Below, piece after piece: positions 9,122 to 16,970 of a stretch of DNA of 34,861 bases. The DNA is from Candidatus Tagabacteria bacterium CG09_land_8_20_14_0_10_41_14. GTDB lineage: Bacteria > Patescibacteriota > Minisyncoccia > JAHISW01 > Tagabacteraceae. The stretch's first letter is position 1, and each line of letters starts with the position of its first letter. Below the pieces are notes generated by a model, which saw only the letters and a program-made list of their open reading frames with translations, had not been told where the DNA came from and did not search any database. The stretch lies in contig PEZL01000005.1 in the NCBI GenBank assembly GCA_002774055.1, positions 1,101-35,961 of the forward strand. The letters run 5' to 3'. The position numbers and the translations under genes were made by a program.

Positions 9122-10238
9122 GGCGTTTGGAATTATCGTTGGTTTGATGTTCGGGGCGGGTATTTTCGCTCTTCCTTTTGCTATCGCGGCCGCGGGTGTT
9201 TTTTGGGGTCTTGTTCATCTGCTTATTGCTCTTTGTCTTATGATTTTTATGCTTTTTTTGTATGCCGGCGTAATCCATTATACGGAAGGAAAACACCGTT
9301 TTACCGGGTATGTGGAAAGAGTTCTCGGCAGGCAATATAAAAAAATTGCCTTTTTTGTTACTTTGGTTGTTTATTATTTTGTTTTGCTTGCTTATGGCGT
9401 GTTGGGCGGGCTTTTTCTTTCCAATTTTTTTAAAGGCAATTATGCCGTGGTTTTGTCTTTTTTGTTTTTTGGCGTTGGCGCTTTTCTGGTTTTTTTGAAA
9501 TTGGAAAAAATAGCCCTGGCGAATCTTTATTTAAGTTTGCCTTTGTTCGCTTTTGTTCTTTTTCTTTTGTTTTTTTCTTTTAATTTTTTGGATTTGGGAA
9601 ATTTTTCCTGGGGTTTGAGTAATTTTTCTTTTTCTGACGTTTCCTGGTTTTTGCCTTATGGTGTGTGGATTTTTTCTCTTACTGCCTTCGCAGCCATCCC
9701 TGAAGCGCATGATGTTGTCGGGTCTTGTGAATTAAAAAAATTCAAGAAGGTTATATTGGTTAGCGTATTATTGTCCGCTTTATTTTATAGTGTGTTTATC
9801 TTCAATATTATCGGTATTAGCGGAGCGCAGACAAGCGAGGATTCGCTTGGCGGCCTTTCGGGTATTGTGAATCGGGAGATTATTTTGCTCGGTTCAATCA
9901 TAGGCATACTGGCAGTTTTTACTTCTTTTTTGCTTATGGCAGCTGATTTGCGAGATAGTTTTCGTTTTGATTTCGGTTTCCCAAAAACCCTGGCGTGGTT
10001 TTTTACCATTGTGCCTCCGGTTTTGCTTTTTTCTTTTGGCGTGCAGGATTTCACCAGAATTATCGGTTTGTCCGGTTCTTTGGGAATGGGTTTTATCGGT
10101 ACCTTTCTTGTTCTTATGGCATGGAAAATGAAAGAGAAGGTGTTTTTTGTAAATAGCAAGGCGACTGCTGTTTTGAGTGTTTTTGCCGTGGCCGCCATTT
10201 TGCTTGCGGTTGCTTATGAAATTTATAATGTGCTATAA
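9108..10238 (+). CDS. Aromatic amino acid permease family transporter
   Basis: GLMFGAGIFALP TM1 motif; about 11 TM helices. Confidence 0.8.
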   Translation: MRFLKAFGIIVGLMFGAGIFALPFAIAAAGVFWGLVHLLIALCLMIFMLFLYAGVIHYTEGKHRFTGYVERVLGRQYKKIAFFVTLVVYYFVLLAYGVLGGLFLSNFFKGNYAVVLSFLFFGVGAFLVFLKLEKIALANLYLSLPLFAFVLFLLFFSFNFLDLGNFSWGLSNFSFSDVSWFLPYGVWIFSLTAFAAIPEAHDVVGSCELKKFKKVILVSVLLSALFYSVFIFNIIGISGAQTSEDSLGGLSGIVNREIILLGSIIGILAVFTSFLLMAADLRDSFRFDFGFPKTLAWFFTIVPPVLLFSFGVQDFTRIIGLSGSLGMGFIGTFLVLMAWKMKEKVFFVNSKATAVLSVFAVAAILLAVAYEIYNVL

Positions 10239-10303
10239 TTAATAAGGTAATTGGAAAAGAGAAATAAGGTCGTTTTTTAGTTTAAATTAAAATAAAAATA
10301 ATC

Positions 10304-10549
10304 ATGAGTATTTTTGGAGAACTTTGGAATAAGATTTCCGGTTCAGCGGAGGCAGATCAGGGTGTTTCAGCGGATCAGCCGGGTGGTGAACCAATGAAAA
10401 TGCCCCAGCAGCCAATGACCCCTTCCGGAGATGAGGAAAAAGAAGCGCCGGTCATTAATCCACAACCCCAGCCCCAGCCTCAATCTCAGCCCGAAGAGGA
10501 GAAAATAGAAGAAAAAGAGCTGGAAACGCCGGAAACGCCGGAAATGTAA
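10304..10549 (+). CDS. Small acidic Pro/Gln/Glu-rich hypothetical protein
   Basis: ATG start; stop abuts the next gene; amphipathic N-terminus then low complexity (PQPQPQ, ETPETPE). Confidence 0.6.
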   Translation: MSIFGELWNKISGSAEADQGVSADQPGGEPMKMPQQPMTPSGDEEKEAPVINPQPQPQPQSQPEEEKIEEKELETPETPEM

Positions 10550-11821
10550 ATGAAGATTATTGCTGATTTGCATATTCATTCTAAATATTCTCGGGCAGTG
10601 TCTGGAGATATGACGCTTGAGAATATAGCTTCGCACGCGCGGAAAAAAGGTATACAGGTGGTGGCTACCGGCGACTTCACGCATCCTGCCTGGTTTGGTG
10701 AAATAAAAAATAAACTACAACCGGCGGAAGAAGGACTTTTCAATCTCAAACCTCAAATCTCAAATCTCAAATCTCCAGACACACGATTCATGCTTACGGT
10801 GGAGATTGCTTGTATTTATTCAAAAGGCGGAAAGGTAAGACGGCTTCATCATGTTGTGTTCGCGCCTACAATTGAGGCGGTTGAAAAAATTAATAAAAAA
10901 CTTGCGTGGATAGGAAATCTGAAATCAGACGGCAGACCCATGCTGGGACTGGATTCGAGAAAACTTTTAGAAATAATTCTGGAGGCGGATTCAAGATGTG
11001 TTTTAGTTCCGGCGCATTGTTGGACTCCGTGGTTTTCTATTTTCGGCTCAATGTCCGGATTTGATTCTATTGAGGAATGTTTTGATGAAATGAGCCCGCA
11101 TATTTTTGCCGTTGAAACAGGCTTGTCTTCCGACCCGCCAATGAACTGGCGGTTATCGAGTTTGGATAATGTTTCTTTGATTTCTAATTCAGACGCGCAT
11201 TCTCTTTCAAAACTTGGCAGAGAGGCAAATGTTTTTGACTGCGGGTTGTCTTACGCTGAAATCGTGTCGGCGATCAAAGAAAGAAATCCTGAAAGATTTT
11301 TGTACACAATAGAATTTTTTCCGGAGGAAGGGAAGTATTATTACGACGGACATCGTAATTGCGGAATTGTTTTTTCTCCGGAACAAACAAAAAAACATAA
11401 TGGATTGTGTCCGAAGTGCGGAAAAAAATTGACGGTGGGAGTTTTGAGCAGAGTAGACGAGCTGGCTGACAGAAAGGACGAACTTGTTCCGGACCGAGCC
11501 AAGAGAGTTCCTTATAAAAGTTTAATTCCCTTGGTTGAAGTGATTGCCGGGGCAAAAGGCGTTGGTCCGCAGACTAAAACCGTAGCAGTGGAATATGATA
11601 AATTGATTAGTAAATTTGGCTCCGAGTTTTTTGTTTTGTTGGACGCGCCCATTGATGAAATTGAACAGATTGTTGATTCTAAAATCGCGGAAGGTATAAA
11701 AAGAATGAGAGAAGGTAATGTAAAAATTGAACCGGGCTATGACGGAGAGTTTGGAAAAATAAAACTGTTTGATGAAGGAGAAAAAATGGAAGAAGAAAAA
11801 AAACAAAAAAGTTTATTTTGA
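10550..11821 (+). CDS. Endonuclease Q family PHP-domain protein
   Basis: ADLHIHSKYSRA, TGDFTHP, DGRP, PAHCWTPWFS, ETGLSSDPPMNW, NSDAHS, GKYYYDGHRNC...CPKC zinc finger and PGYDGEFG. Confidence 0.9.
   Translation: MKIIADLHIHSKYSRAVSGDMTLENIASHARKKGIQVVATGDFTHPAWFGEIKNKLQPAEEGLFNLKPQISNLKSPDTRFMLTVEIACIYSKGGKVRRLHHVVFAPTIEAVEKINKKLAWIGNLKSDGRPMLGLDSRKLLEIILEADSRCVLVPAHCWTPWFSIFGSMSGFDSIEECFDEMSPHIFAVETGLSSDPPMNWRLSSLDNVSLISNSDAHSLSKLGREANVFDCGLSYAEIVSAIKERNPERFLYTIEFFPEEGKYYYDGHRNCGIVFSPEQTKKHNGLCPKCGKKLTVGVLSRVDELADRKDELVPDRAKRVPYKSLIPLVEVIAGAKGVGPQTKTVAVEYDKLISKFGSEFFVLLDAPIDEIEQIVDSKIAEGIKRMREGNVKIEPGYDGEFGKIKLFDEGEKMEEEKKQKSLF
10741..10774 (+). repeat. Intragenic heptamer tandem array CAAAYCT
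   Basis: CAATCT CAAACCT CAAATCT CAAATCT CAAATCT, encoding NLKPQISNLKS. Confidence 0.85.
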
Positions 11822-11851
11822 AAATTGAATTACCCCGCAACCAAAAAAAAG

Positions 11852-11877
11852 AAGCCCCGAGCGTTGCCGAGGCTTTT
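11852..11877 (+). terminator. Probable intrinsic terminator after the EndoQ gene
   Basis: Imperfect stem AAGCCCCG...CGAGGCTT with an upstream A-run and downstream Ts. Confidence 0.45.
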
Positions 11878-11884
11878 AGGAAGA

Positions 11885-11927
11885 TTGTCTCGCTGTGCGA
11901 GATCCCGCGTAGCGGGAAAAATTGTAA
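11885..11927. repeat. Double-hairpin element (family B), intergenic copy
   Basis: TCTCGC-TGT-GCGAGA plus TCCCGC-GTA-GCGGGA; reverse complement matches 24898-24940 at 35/43 positions (manual alignment). Confidence 0.85.
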
Positions 11928-12092
11928 AGGTCCTATATTTATAACGCGGGGAAAGAAGATTAAAACTCTTGAATTATTTTATTTCGTTATACTACCGGAC
12001 TCTTGGAGAAAAAATCTCCTTTCCCTGCATTTTTCAAAACTGTAATTCTGTTTTAATTTTATTGTTGTTAAAAAAGATGTCAATAAAAAAGC

Positions 12093-12101
12093 TGTGGATA
12101 A
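12093..12101 (-). promoter_or_regulatory. Perfect DnaA-box 9-mer (TGTGGATAA) beside an AT-rich tract
   Basis: Exact match; intergenic, upstream of polX. Confidence 0.4.
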
Positions 12102-12259
12102 CTATTTTTTAGAATTTCTAATTTTGTAATTTTATAATTTTGTAAATAAATCTTAATTTTTAAAAATTGAAACATTAAAAAATTATTTAAAAATTTCAAA
12201 AATTAAAAATTAAAAATTAAGATAACGATTAAGCCGTATATTCAATATATTCAATAAAA

Positions 12260-14005
12260 ATGAATCAAGAAATAGCAAAAATATTTTATGAAATCGCGGA
12301 AATTCTTGAGATGAAAGAAGTGGCTTTTAAGCCGCGGGCTTATCAAAAGGCGGCCCAATCTATCCAAGGTTTAGACGAAAATGTCAAGACTATTTTTGAA
12401 AAAAAAGGTATTAAGGGCTTGGAGGAAATTTCAGGCGTTGGTGAAGGTATTGCCGAGCGGATTGTTGAATATATAAAAAAGGGGAAAATAAAAGGTTATG
12501 AAAAATTAAAAAAAGAAATGCCTGTTAACATTTCCGAACTCGTTTCAATAGAAGGCGTGGGGCCGAAGTTGATAAAACTTTTTTACGAAAAATTAAAAGT
12601 GAGAAATATAAATGATTTGGAAAAGGCGGCGCGTCATGGAAAAATTTCTACTTTGCCTCGTTGCGGAAAAAAACTGGAACAAAAAATTTTACAAGGGATT
12701 GAGTTTTATAAAAAATCACATGAAAGATTTTTGTTGGGCGATGTTTTTGAGTTGGCGGAAAAAATCAAAAGCCGTTTGTCTGAGTTAAAAGAAACGGAGA
12801 AAATTGAAGCGGCCGGCTCTTTTAGAAGAAAAAAAGAAACAATTGGCGATTTGGATATTTTGGTTGTTTCAGAAAAACCAAAAAAGGTGATGGATTTTTT
12901 TGTTTCAATGCCGGAAGTGCGGCATGTATATGGCAAGGGATTGAAAAAAACAATGGTGCGTTTGAGCAACGGATTGGATGTGGATTTAAGGGTGGTGGAT
13001 GAAAAATCTTTCGGCTCGGCTCTGCAGTATTTTACCGGCAATAAGGCGCATAATATTGAATTAAGAAAAATTGCGCTCAAGAAAAAATACAAGCTGAATG
13101 AATACGGATTGTTTAAAGTTGGAAGTAAAAAGTCAGAAGTTAGAATCGCCGGCCAAAACGAAAAGGAAATTTATAAAAAACTTGGCTTGCAATTTATGCC
13201 GCCGGAAACGAGAGAAAATACCGGCGAGATTGAACTGGCTCAAAAAAATAAATTGTCTGAGTTTATTGAAGAGAAAGATATAAAAGGCGACCTGCATATT
13301 CATTCGCATTGGAAAGTGAAAAAGGGATTGATTAAAGAAAGAATCAAAAAAGCCAAAGAACTGGGTTATGAATATTTAGGAATTTCCGACCATACGAAAT
13401 TTTTGGCCATTGAGCATGGATTAAACGAGCAAGATTTATTGAAGCAATCAAAAGAAATTGAACGTTTCAGGCTGCATGTTTCAGGTTTCAAGATTTTGCA
13501 TGGCTGCGAAGCGAATATTTTGACTGACGGCTCTATTGATATTGATGACAAAGTTTTGTCCAAGCTGGATTATGTTATTGCCGGCGTTCATTCCCAAATG
13601 AAAATGTCAAAGGAAAAAATGACCGAAAGAATAATCACGGCCATGAAAAATCCGCATGTTGATATCATTGCTCATCTGACAGGAAGGGTCATACAGCGCA
13701 GGGAAGAATACGAAATTGATTTTGATAAAATTTTGCGGGTTGCCAAAGAAACCGGCACAATTTTGGAAATAAATGCCAACCCGGTTAGGCTGGATTTGAA
13801 TGACGTCAAGATAAGGAAAGCCAAAGAGTTCGGAGTTAAAATGATTATTAGCTCTGACGCGCATCAAAATGAACAGATGGATTTGATGAAATTCGGCGTC
13901 TGGCAAGCCCGTCGCGGCTGGGCCGAGAAAAAGGATATCGTAAACACGATGTCTTTCAAAGAAATCTCCGGTCTTTTCAAAAAGCCCAAAAAGAAGAGGT
14001 TTTAA
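12260..14005 (+). CDS. polX: DNA polymerase X with C-terminal PHP domain
   Basis: RAYQKAA, GVGEG/GVGPK HhH motifs, GSFRR, GDLD, DLR, YFTG, NEYG; PHP motifs DLHIH, SDH and SDAH. Confidence 0.96.
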   Translation: MNQEIAKIFYEIAEILEMKEVAFKPRAYQKAAQSIQGLDENVKTIFEKKGIKGLEEISGVGEGIAERIVEYIKKGKIKGYEKLKKEMPVNISELVSIEGVGPKLIKLFYEKLKVRNINDLEKAARHGKISTLPRCGKKLEQKILQGIEFYKKSHERFLLGDVFELAEKIKSRLSELKETEKIEAAGSFRRKKETIGDLDILVVSEKPKKVMDFFVSMPEVRHVYGKGLKKTMVRLSNGLDVDLRVVDEKSFGSALQYFTGNKAHNIELRKIALKKKYKLNEYGLFKVGSKKSEVRIAGQNEKEIYKKLGLQFMPPETRENTGEIELAQKNKLSEFIEEKDIKGDLHIHSHWKVKKGLIKERIKKAKELGYEYLGISDHTKFLAIEHGLNEQDLLKQSKEIERFRLHVSGFKILHGCEANILTDGSIDIDDKVLSKLDYVIAGVHSQMKMSKEKMTERIITAMKNPHVDIIAHLTGRVIQRREEYEIDFDKILRVAKETGTILEINANPVRLDLNDVKIRKAKEFGVKMIISSDAHQNEQMDLMKFGVWQARRGWAEKKDIVNTMSFKEISGLFKKPKKKRF

Positions 14006-14015
14006 GATGAACGTT

Positions 14016-14043
14016 CATTGAACATTCCATGGTATGTTCAATG
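14016..14043. terminator. 28-bp near-perfect palindrome between convergent polX and ssrA
   Basis: CATTGAACATTCCATGGTATGTTCAATG, with a tandem ATGGTATGTTCA duplication. Confidence 0.45.
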
Positions 14044-14062
14044 GTATGTTCAATTTGTCGGG

Positions 14063-14405
14063 TGGAGATGGCGGGAATCGAACCCGCGTGCAAAAAGTTT
14101 TTCAAAATGAATCTACATGCTTATCCTGATTTGTTTAACTCAAAAAATATAAACCAGGCAAAAATTTTTTGAGGGTGATTCTAGTTTTTAATAATTTCTT
14201 CGAATCAGGAGAAATTATCTATCTCAAAAAATGACACTCGCGATTGTCTATTGAGAATCGGCAGGCGAGCGTGCTTTAAGCGTATGCTAAAGCAGGAGTT
14301 TTGAATAAGTTTGCACTTATTTGATTTCTAAAAGTTTAACGAGGTTTTAGAATACTCGGCATGCACGATTTTGAAAAAGGCTTTTTGTCGATGCCGATCA
14401 TCCCC
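14063..14405 (-). ncRNA. ssrA: tmRNA, tag peptide ANLFKTPALAYA (14314-14276)
   Basis: 5' GGGGATG pairs with 3' CATCTCC-A including the G3-U70 Ala determinant; T arm GCGGG-TTCGATT-CCCGC; resume codon GCA after ATAAGT; adjacent to smpB. Confidence 0.95.
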
Positions 14406-14844
14406 GATTTTTCAACTCTCTTTCAACGTCTCTTTTCATGTCGCGCGCTTTGATTTTTTCTCTTTTGTCGTATTTTTTCAGCCCGCGAGCCACACCGAAA
14501 GAAACTTTGATTACGCCGCCTTTAGTATAAACATATAAAGGTATTAATGTCAATCCTTTTTGCTTGTCTTTTCCTTCTAAATAATCTATTTCTTTTTTAT
14601 TAAGCAATAGTTTTCTGGTGCGCATGGAGTCGTAGTCGGGTATCATGTTTTTGGGCTGATATGGCCCTATTTCCATACCTATTATAAAAGCTTCGCCGCC
14701 TCGTATAATTATATGAGAACCTGCCAAAGAACCTCTTTTTAATTTAAGGGATCTTACTTCAAATCCCTGAAGACGTATGCCGGCCTCAAACTTTTCCATA
14801 ATCTCATAATCAAATCGGGCCTTTTTGTTGTCTAATAAGGTCAT
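14398..14844 (-). CDS. smpB: SsrA-binding protein SmpB
   Basis: NKKARFDYEI, EAGIRLQGFEVRS, RTRKLLLNKKEI and KKYDKRE. Confidence 0.97.
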   Translation of the reverse strand: MTLLDNKKARFDYEIMEKFEAGIRLQGFEVRSLKLKRGSLAGSHIIIRGGEAFIIGMEIGPYQPKNMIPDYDSMRTRKLLLNKKEIDYLEGKDKQKGLTLIPLYVYTKGGVIKVSFGVARGLKKYDKREKIKARDMKRDVERELKNRG

Positions 14845-14845
14845 A

Positions 14846-15091
14846 CTAAAGATTGTGATAGGTTTTCTCGTTTCGCAGTTTTATAGAATCAATGACGGCT
14901 TCATCGTTGATTTCGAAATGAAAGATAATTCTAAAGTCGCCTTTGCGAATTTTATAAAAATCACTGTCTTTTATTTTTTCTGTTCTTAGATTTTGTCTTT
15001 TGTTTTTATCCAGGAGTTCGTTAACAAGCGCTAAGAGTTTAGCTCTGTCCTTTTTGGAAATCTTTCGAAAAAGTTTTTCGATTTTTTCCAT
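14846..15091 (-). CDS. RelE/ParE-family toxin (TA module 1)
   Basis: 81 aa, basic, YKIRKGDFRIIF and RNEKTY; downstream of an AbrB-like gene. Confidence 0.8.
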   Translation of the reverse strand: MEKIEKLFRKISKKDRAKLLALVNELLDKNKRQNLRTEKIKDSDFYKIRKGDFRIIFHFEINDEAVIDSIKLRNEKTYHNL

Positions 15092-15094
15092 GAA

Positions 15095-15331
15095 TTATTT
15101 TTTATCAATCTTTTTTAATATTTTTACCAAATCTACTGCTTTTAACCCTTTTCCTTTATTGTCTCTGATTGCGTCAAAAACCGTATATTCCTTATAAACA
15201 GGGGAAATTTCTATAAATTCACCGTCCGTTTTTAAGTGAATTGTGTCTGTTTTAACTTCCTTTCTCCATGAAGCCGGTAAGGTAATTTGTCCTCTTTCAG
15301 TTATTTTTTGTGTTTTTTCTATAAAAGTCAT
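15095..15331 (-). CDS. AbrB/MazE-type antitoxin (TA module 1)
   Basis: KITERGQITLPASWRK AbrB signature. Confidence 0.85.
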   Translation of the reverse strand: MTFIEKTQKITERGQITLPASWRKEVKTDTIHLKTDGEFIEISPVYKEYTVFDAIRDNKGKGLKAVDLVKILKKIDKK

Positions 15332-15339
15332 ATATTCTT

Positions 15340-15367
15340 ATTATATTATTTTCTTATTTTAAGTCAA
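15340..15367 (-). promoter_or_regulatory. Sigma70-type promoter of TA module 1 (near-leaderless)
   Basis: TTGACT (15367-15362), 16 bp spacer, TATAAT (15345-15340), 8 nt before the ATG; AATAAGAA direct repeats. Confidence 0.7.
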
Positions 15368-15485
15368 GAGGTCAGATACAACTCGTACAAGTATCACATA
15401 ACTTGGCGATCGTCATGGTTGTGTGACAGTTGAAAAAGTTGAAAAAGGAGTCGTTACAAAATATGGGGTGGCCTCATACATTTTA

Positions 15486-15513
15486 TTGACTAATTTTGGC
15501 CGATATATATAAT
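15486..15513 (+). promoter_or_regulatory. Sigma70-type promoter of the secE-nusG operon
   Basis: TTGACT, 16 bp spacer, TATAAT. Confidence 0.65.
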
Positions 15514-15625
15514 AGTAAATAAGAGGCCCGGAAGGGCTTTTAAAAATGAGTGCACGAATAGCGCGCTACGAATGCGCTCACACTAATAATTTGTGGTATT
15601 CGTGTTCCATTCGCAGATTAGTGTT

Positions 15626-15811
15626 ATGTTGCAAAGACTGATAAATTATTTGAAGGGAACCAGGGTTGAATTAAGTTACGTCAATTGGCCTACCAAAAAA
15701 CAAACCAGGAATTATACATTGCTGGTTGTTGGTATTTCTCTTTTGGTGGCGGCATTTTTAGGATTTTTTGACCGTCTTTTCACTTTTTTATTACAAACCT
15801 TTATTTTATAA
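15626..15811 (+). CDS. secE: Preprotein translocase subunit SecE
   Basis: ELSYVNWPT motif, single TM helix, GFFD; directly upstream of nusG. Confidence 0.93.
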   Translation: MLQRLINYLKGTRVELSYVNWPTKKQTRNYTLLVVGISLLVAAFLGFFDRLFTFLLQTFIL

Positions 15812-15813
15812 AT

Positions 15814-16374
15814 ATGGCGCAGGAAACCGTTAAAAAAGAAGAAAAACAGAAAGACAGAAATTGGTACGCCGTCCATACTTATTCGGGTTATGAAAACGCC
15901 GTGGTGCGTAATTTAAAACAGCGCATTGAGTCTTTGGGAGTAGAGGATAAAATTTTTAATGTAATAGTGCCCACGGAAAAAAGGATACGCATTAAGGGGG
16001 GCAAGCGCAGGGTGGTTGAGGAAAAACTTTATGCGGGTTATGTGTTGGTGGAAATGATAGTAACGCATGATTCTTGGTACGTGGTGAGGAATACTCCGAG
16101 GGTTACCGGTTTTGTCGGTTCGGGCACCACGCCCACACCGCTGAGAAAAGCGGAGGTGGATAATTTGTTTCAGCGAATGGGGGTAAAAGAGCCGAAATAT
16201 AAACTTGACGTTAGCGTGGGAGAACAGGTAAAAATAACTGATGGGCCGTTTAAGGACTACGAGGGCCGCGTGAGCAGTATTGATGAAGAAAGGGGAAAGA
16301 TTAAAGTTTTGGTGTCTATTTTTGGCCGAGAAACACCTGTGGAGTTGGATTTCTTGCAGGTAAAAAAGATTTAA
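15814..16374 (+). CDS. nusG: Transcription termination/antitermination factor NusG
   Basis: WYAVHTYSGYE, VRNTPRVTGFVG and KOW motif GPF...IFGRETPVEL. Confidence 0.98.
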   Translation: MAQETVKKEEKQKDRNWYAVHTYSGYENAVVRNLKQRIESLGVEDKIFNVIVPTEKRIRIKGGKRRVVEEKLYAGYVLVEMIVTHDSWYVVRNTPRVTGFVGSGTTPTPLRKAEVDNLFQRMGVKEPKYKLDVSVGEQVKITDGPFKDYEGRVSSIDEERGKIKVLVSIFGRETPVELDFLQVKKI

Positions 16375-16375
16375 T

Positions 16376-16627
16376 ATGACAAAAACCAATAAGTCATACA
16401 GTAAACGTTTGAAGGTTACCAAAAAAGGTAAAATTGTTCAGCGAAAGCCGGGCATGGGGCATTTTAACGCCAAAGAAAGCAGGAAGAAGCAATTAGTAAA
16501 AAAACGCACCAGACATTTTGGAATTGATAATAAAACCCTGGGGCGGTATATGCCGTATAACATTATGTTTGCGTCATTGGCAATTTGCATCATTGGCATA
16601 AAATTCGCATATTGGCATCATGGTTAG
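16376..16627 (+). CDS. rpmI: 50S ribosomal protein L35 with a repeat-derived C-terminal extension
   Basis: KTNKSYSKRLKVTKKGK...GHFNAKE; upstream of rplT; about 20 extra residues. Confidence 0.88.
   Translation: MTKTNKSYSKRLKVTKKGKIVQRKPGMGHFNAKESRKKQLVKKRTRHFGIDNKTLGRYMPYNIMFASLAICIIGIKFAYWHHG
16596..16623 (+). repeat. 28-bp dispersed repeat, copy 2 (includes the rplT ATG)
   Basis: Identical to 2572-2599. Confidence 0.9.
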
Positions 16628-16970
16628 AGTTAAAAGAGGAACAACTTCATTAAAGAGAAGAAGAAGTGTTTTGAAACAAACCAAAGGTTTCAAGTGGGGA
16701 AGAAAGTCAAAGGAAAGGGCGGCGAAAGAAGCCCTGCTTCACGCGTATACCCACGCTTTTCGTGATAGAAAAAAAAGGAAGGGTGATTTTAGAAAATTAT
16801 GGCAAATAAGGATTAACGCTGCCTCCAGGGAGAGTGGTTTATCTTATAGTAAATTAATTAACCAATTAAAAAAAGCGGACGTTAAAATTAATAGAAAAAT
16901 ATTAGCAACCTTGGCTGAAAAACAGCCCGAGGTATTTAAAAAGATTGTTGAAGAAGCCCAAAATAAATAA
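16620..16970 (+). CDS. rplT: 50S ribosomal protein L20
   Basis: MVRVKRG, RDRKKRKGDFRKLWQIRINAA and INRKILA. Confidence 0.97.
   Translation: MVRVKRGTTSLKRRRSVLKQTKGFKWGRKSKERAAKEALLHAYTHAFRDRKKRKGDFRKLWQIRINAASRESGLSYSKLINQLKKADVKINRKILATLAEKQPEVFKKIVEEAQNK

Noticed and set aside
11818..12045. 75-aa ORF after the EndoQ gene
   Set aside because: TTG start, runs across terminator and repeat hairpins, no recognisable motif.
12060..12259. Replication origin
   Set aside because: A single perfect DnaA box and no dnaA/dnaN nearby; insufficient evidence.
14006..14070. Integrated element at the tmRNA 3' end
   Set aside because: No integrase and no duplicated tmRNA or tRNA 3' end seen in the window.
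15368..15480. Possible gene fragment between the divergent promoters
   Set aside because: Short open stretch (LGDRHGCVTVEKVEKGVVTKYGV) with no clear start or recognisable family.
15521..15541. GGAA-tetraloop hairpin as SRP RNA
   Set aside because: Lacks the CAGG/AGCA internal loop and the long stem; probably just a 5' leader hairpin.
2572..16623. 28-bp repeat as a CRISPR repeat
   Set aside because: Only two copies 14 kb apart, no spacers and no cas genes.
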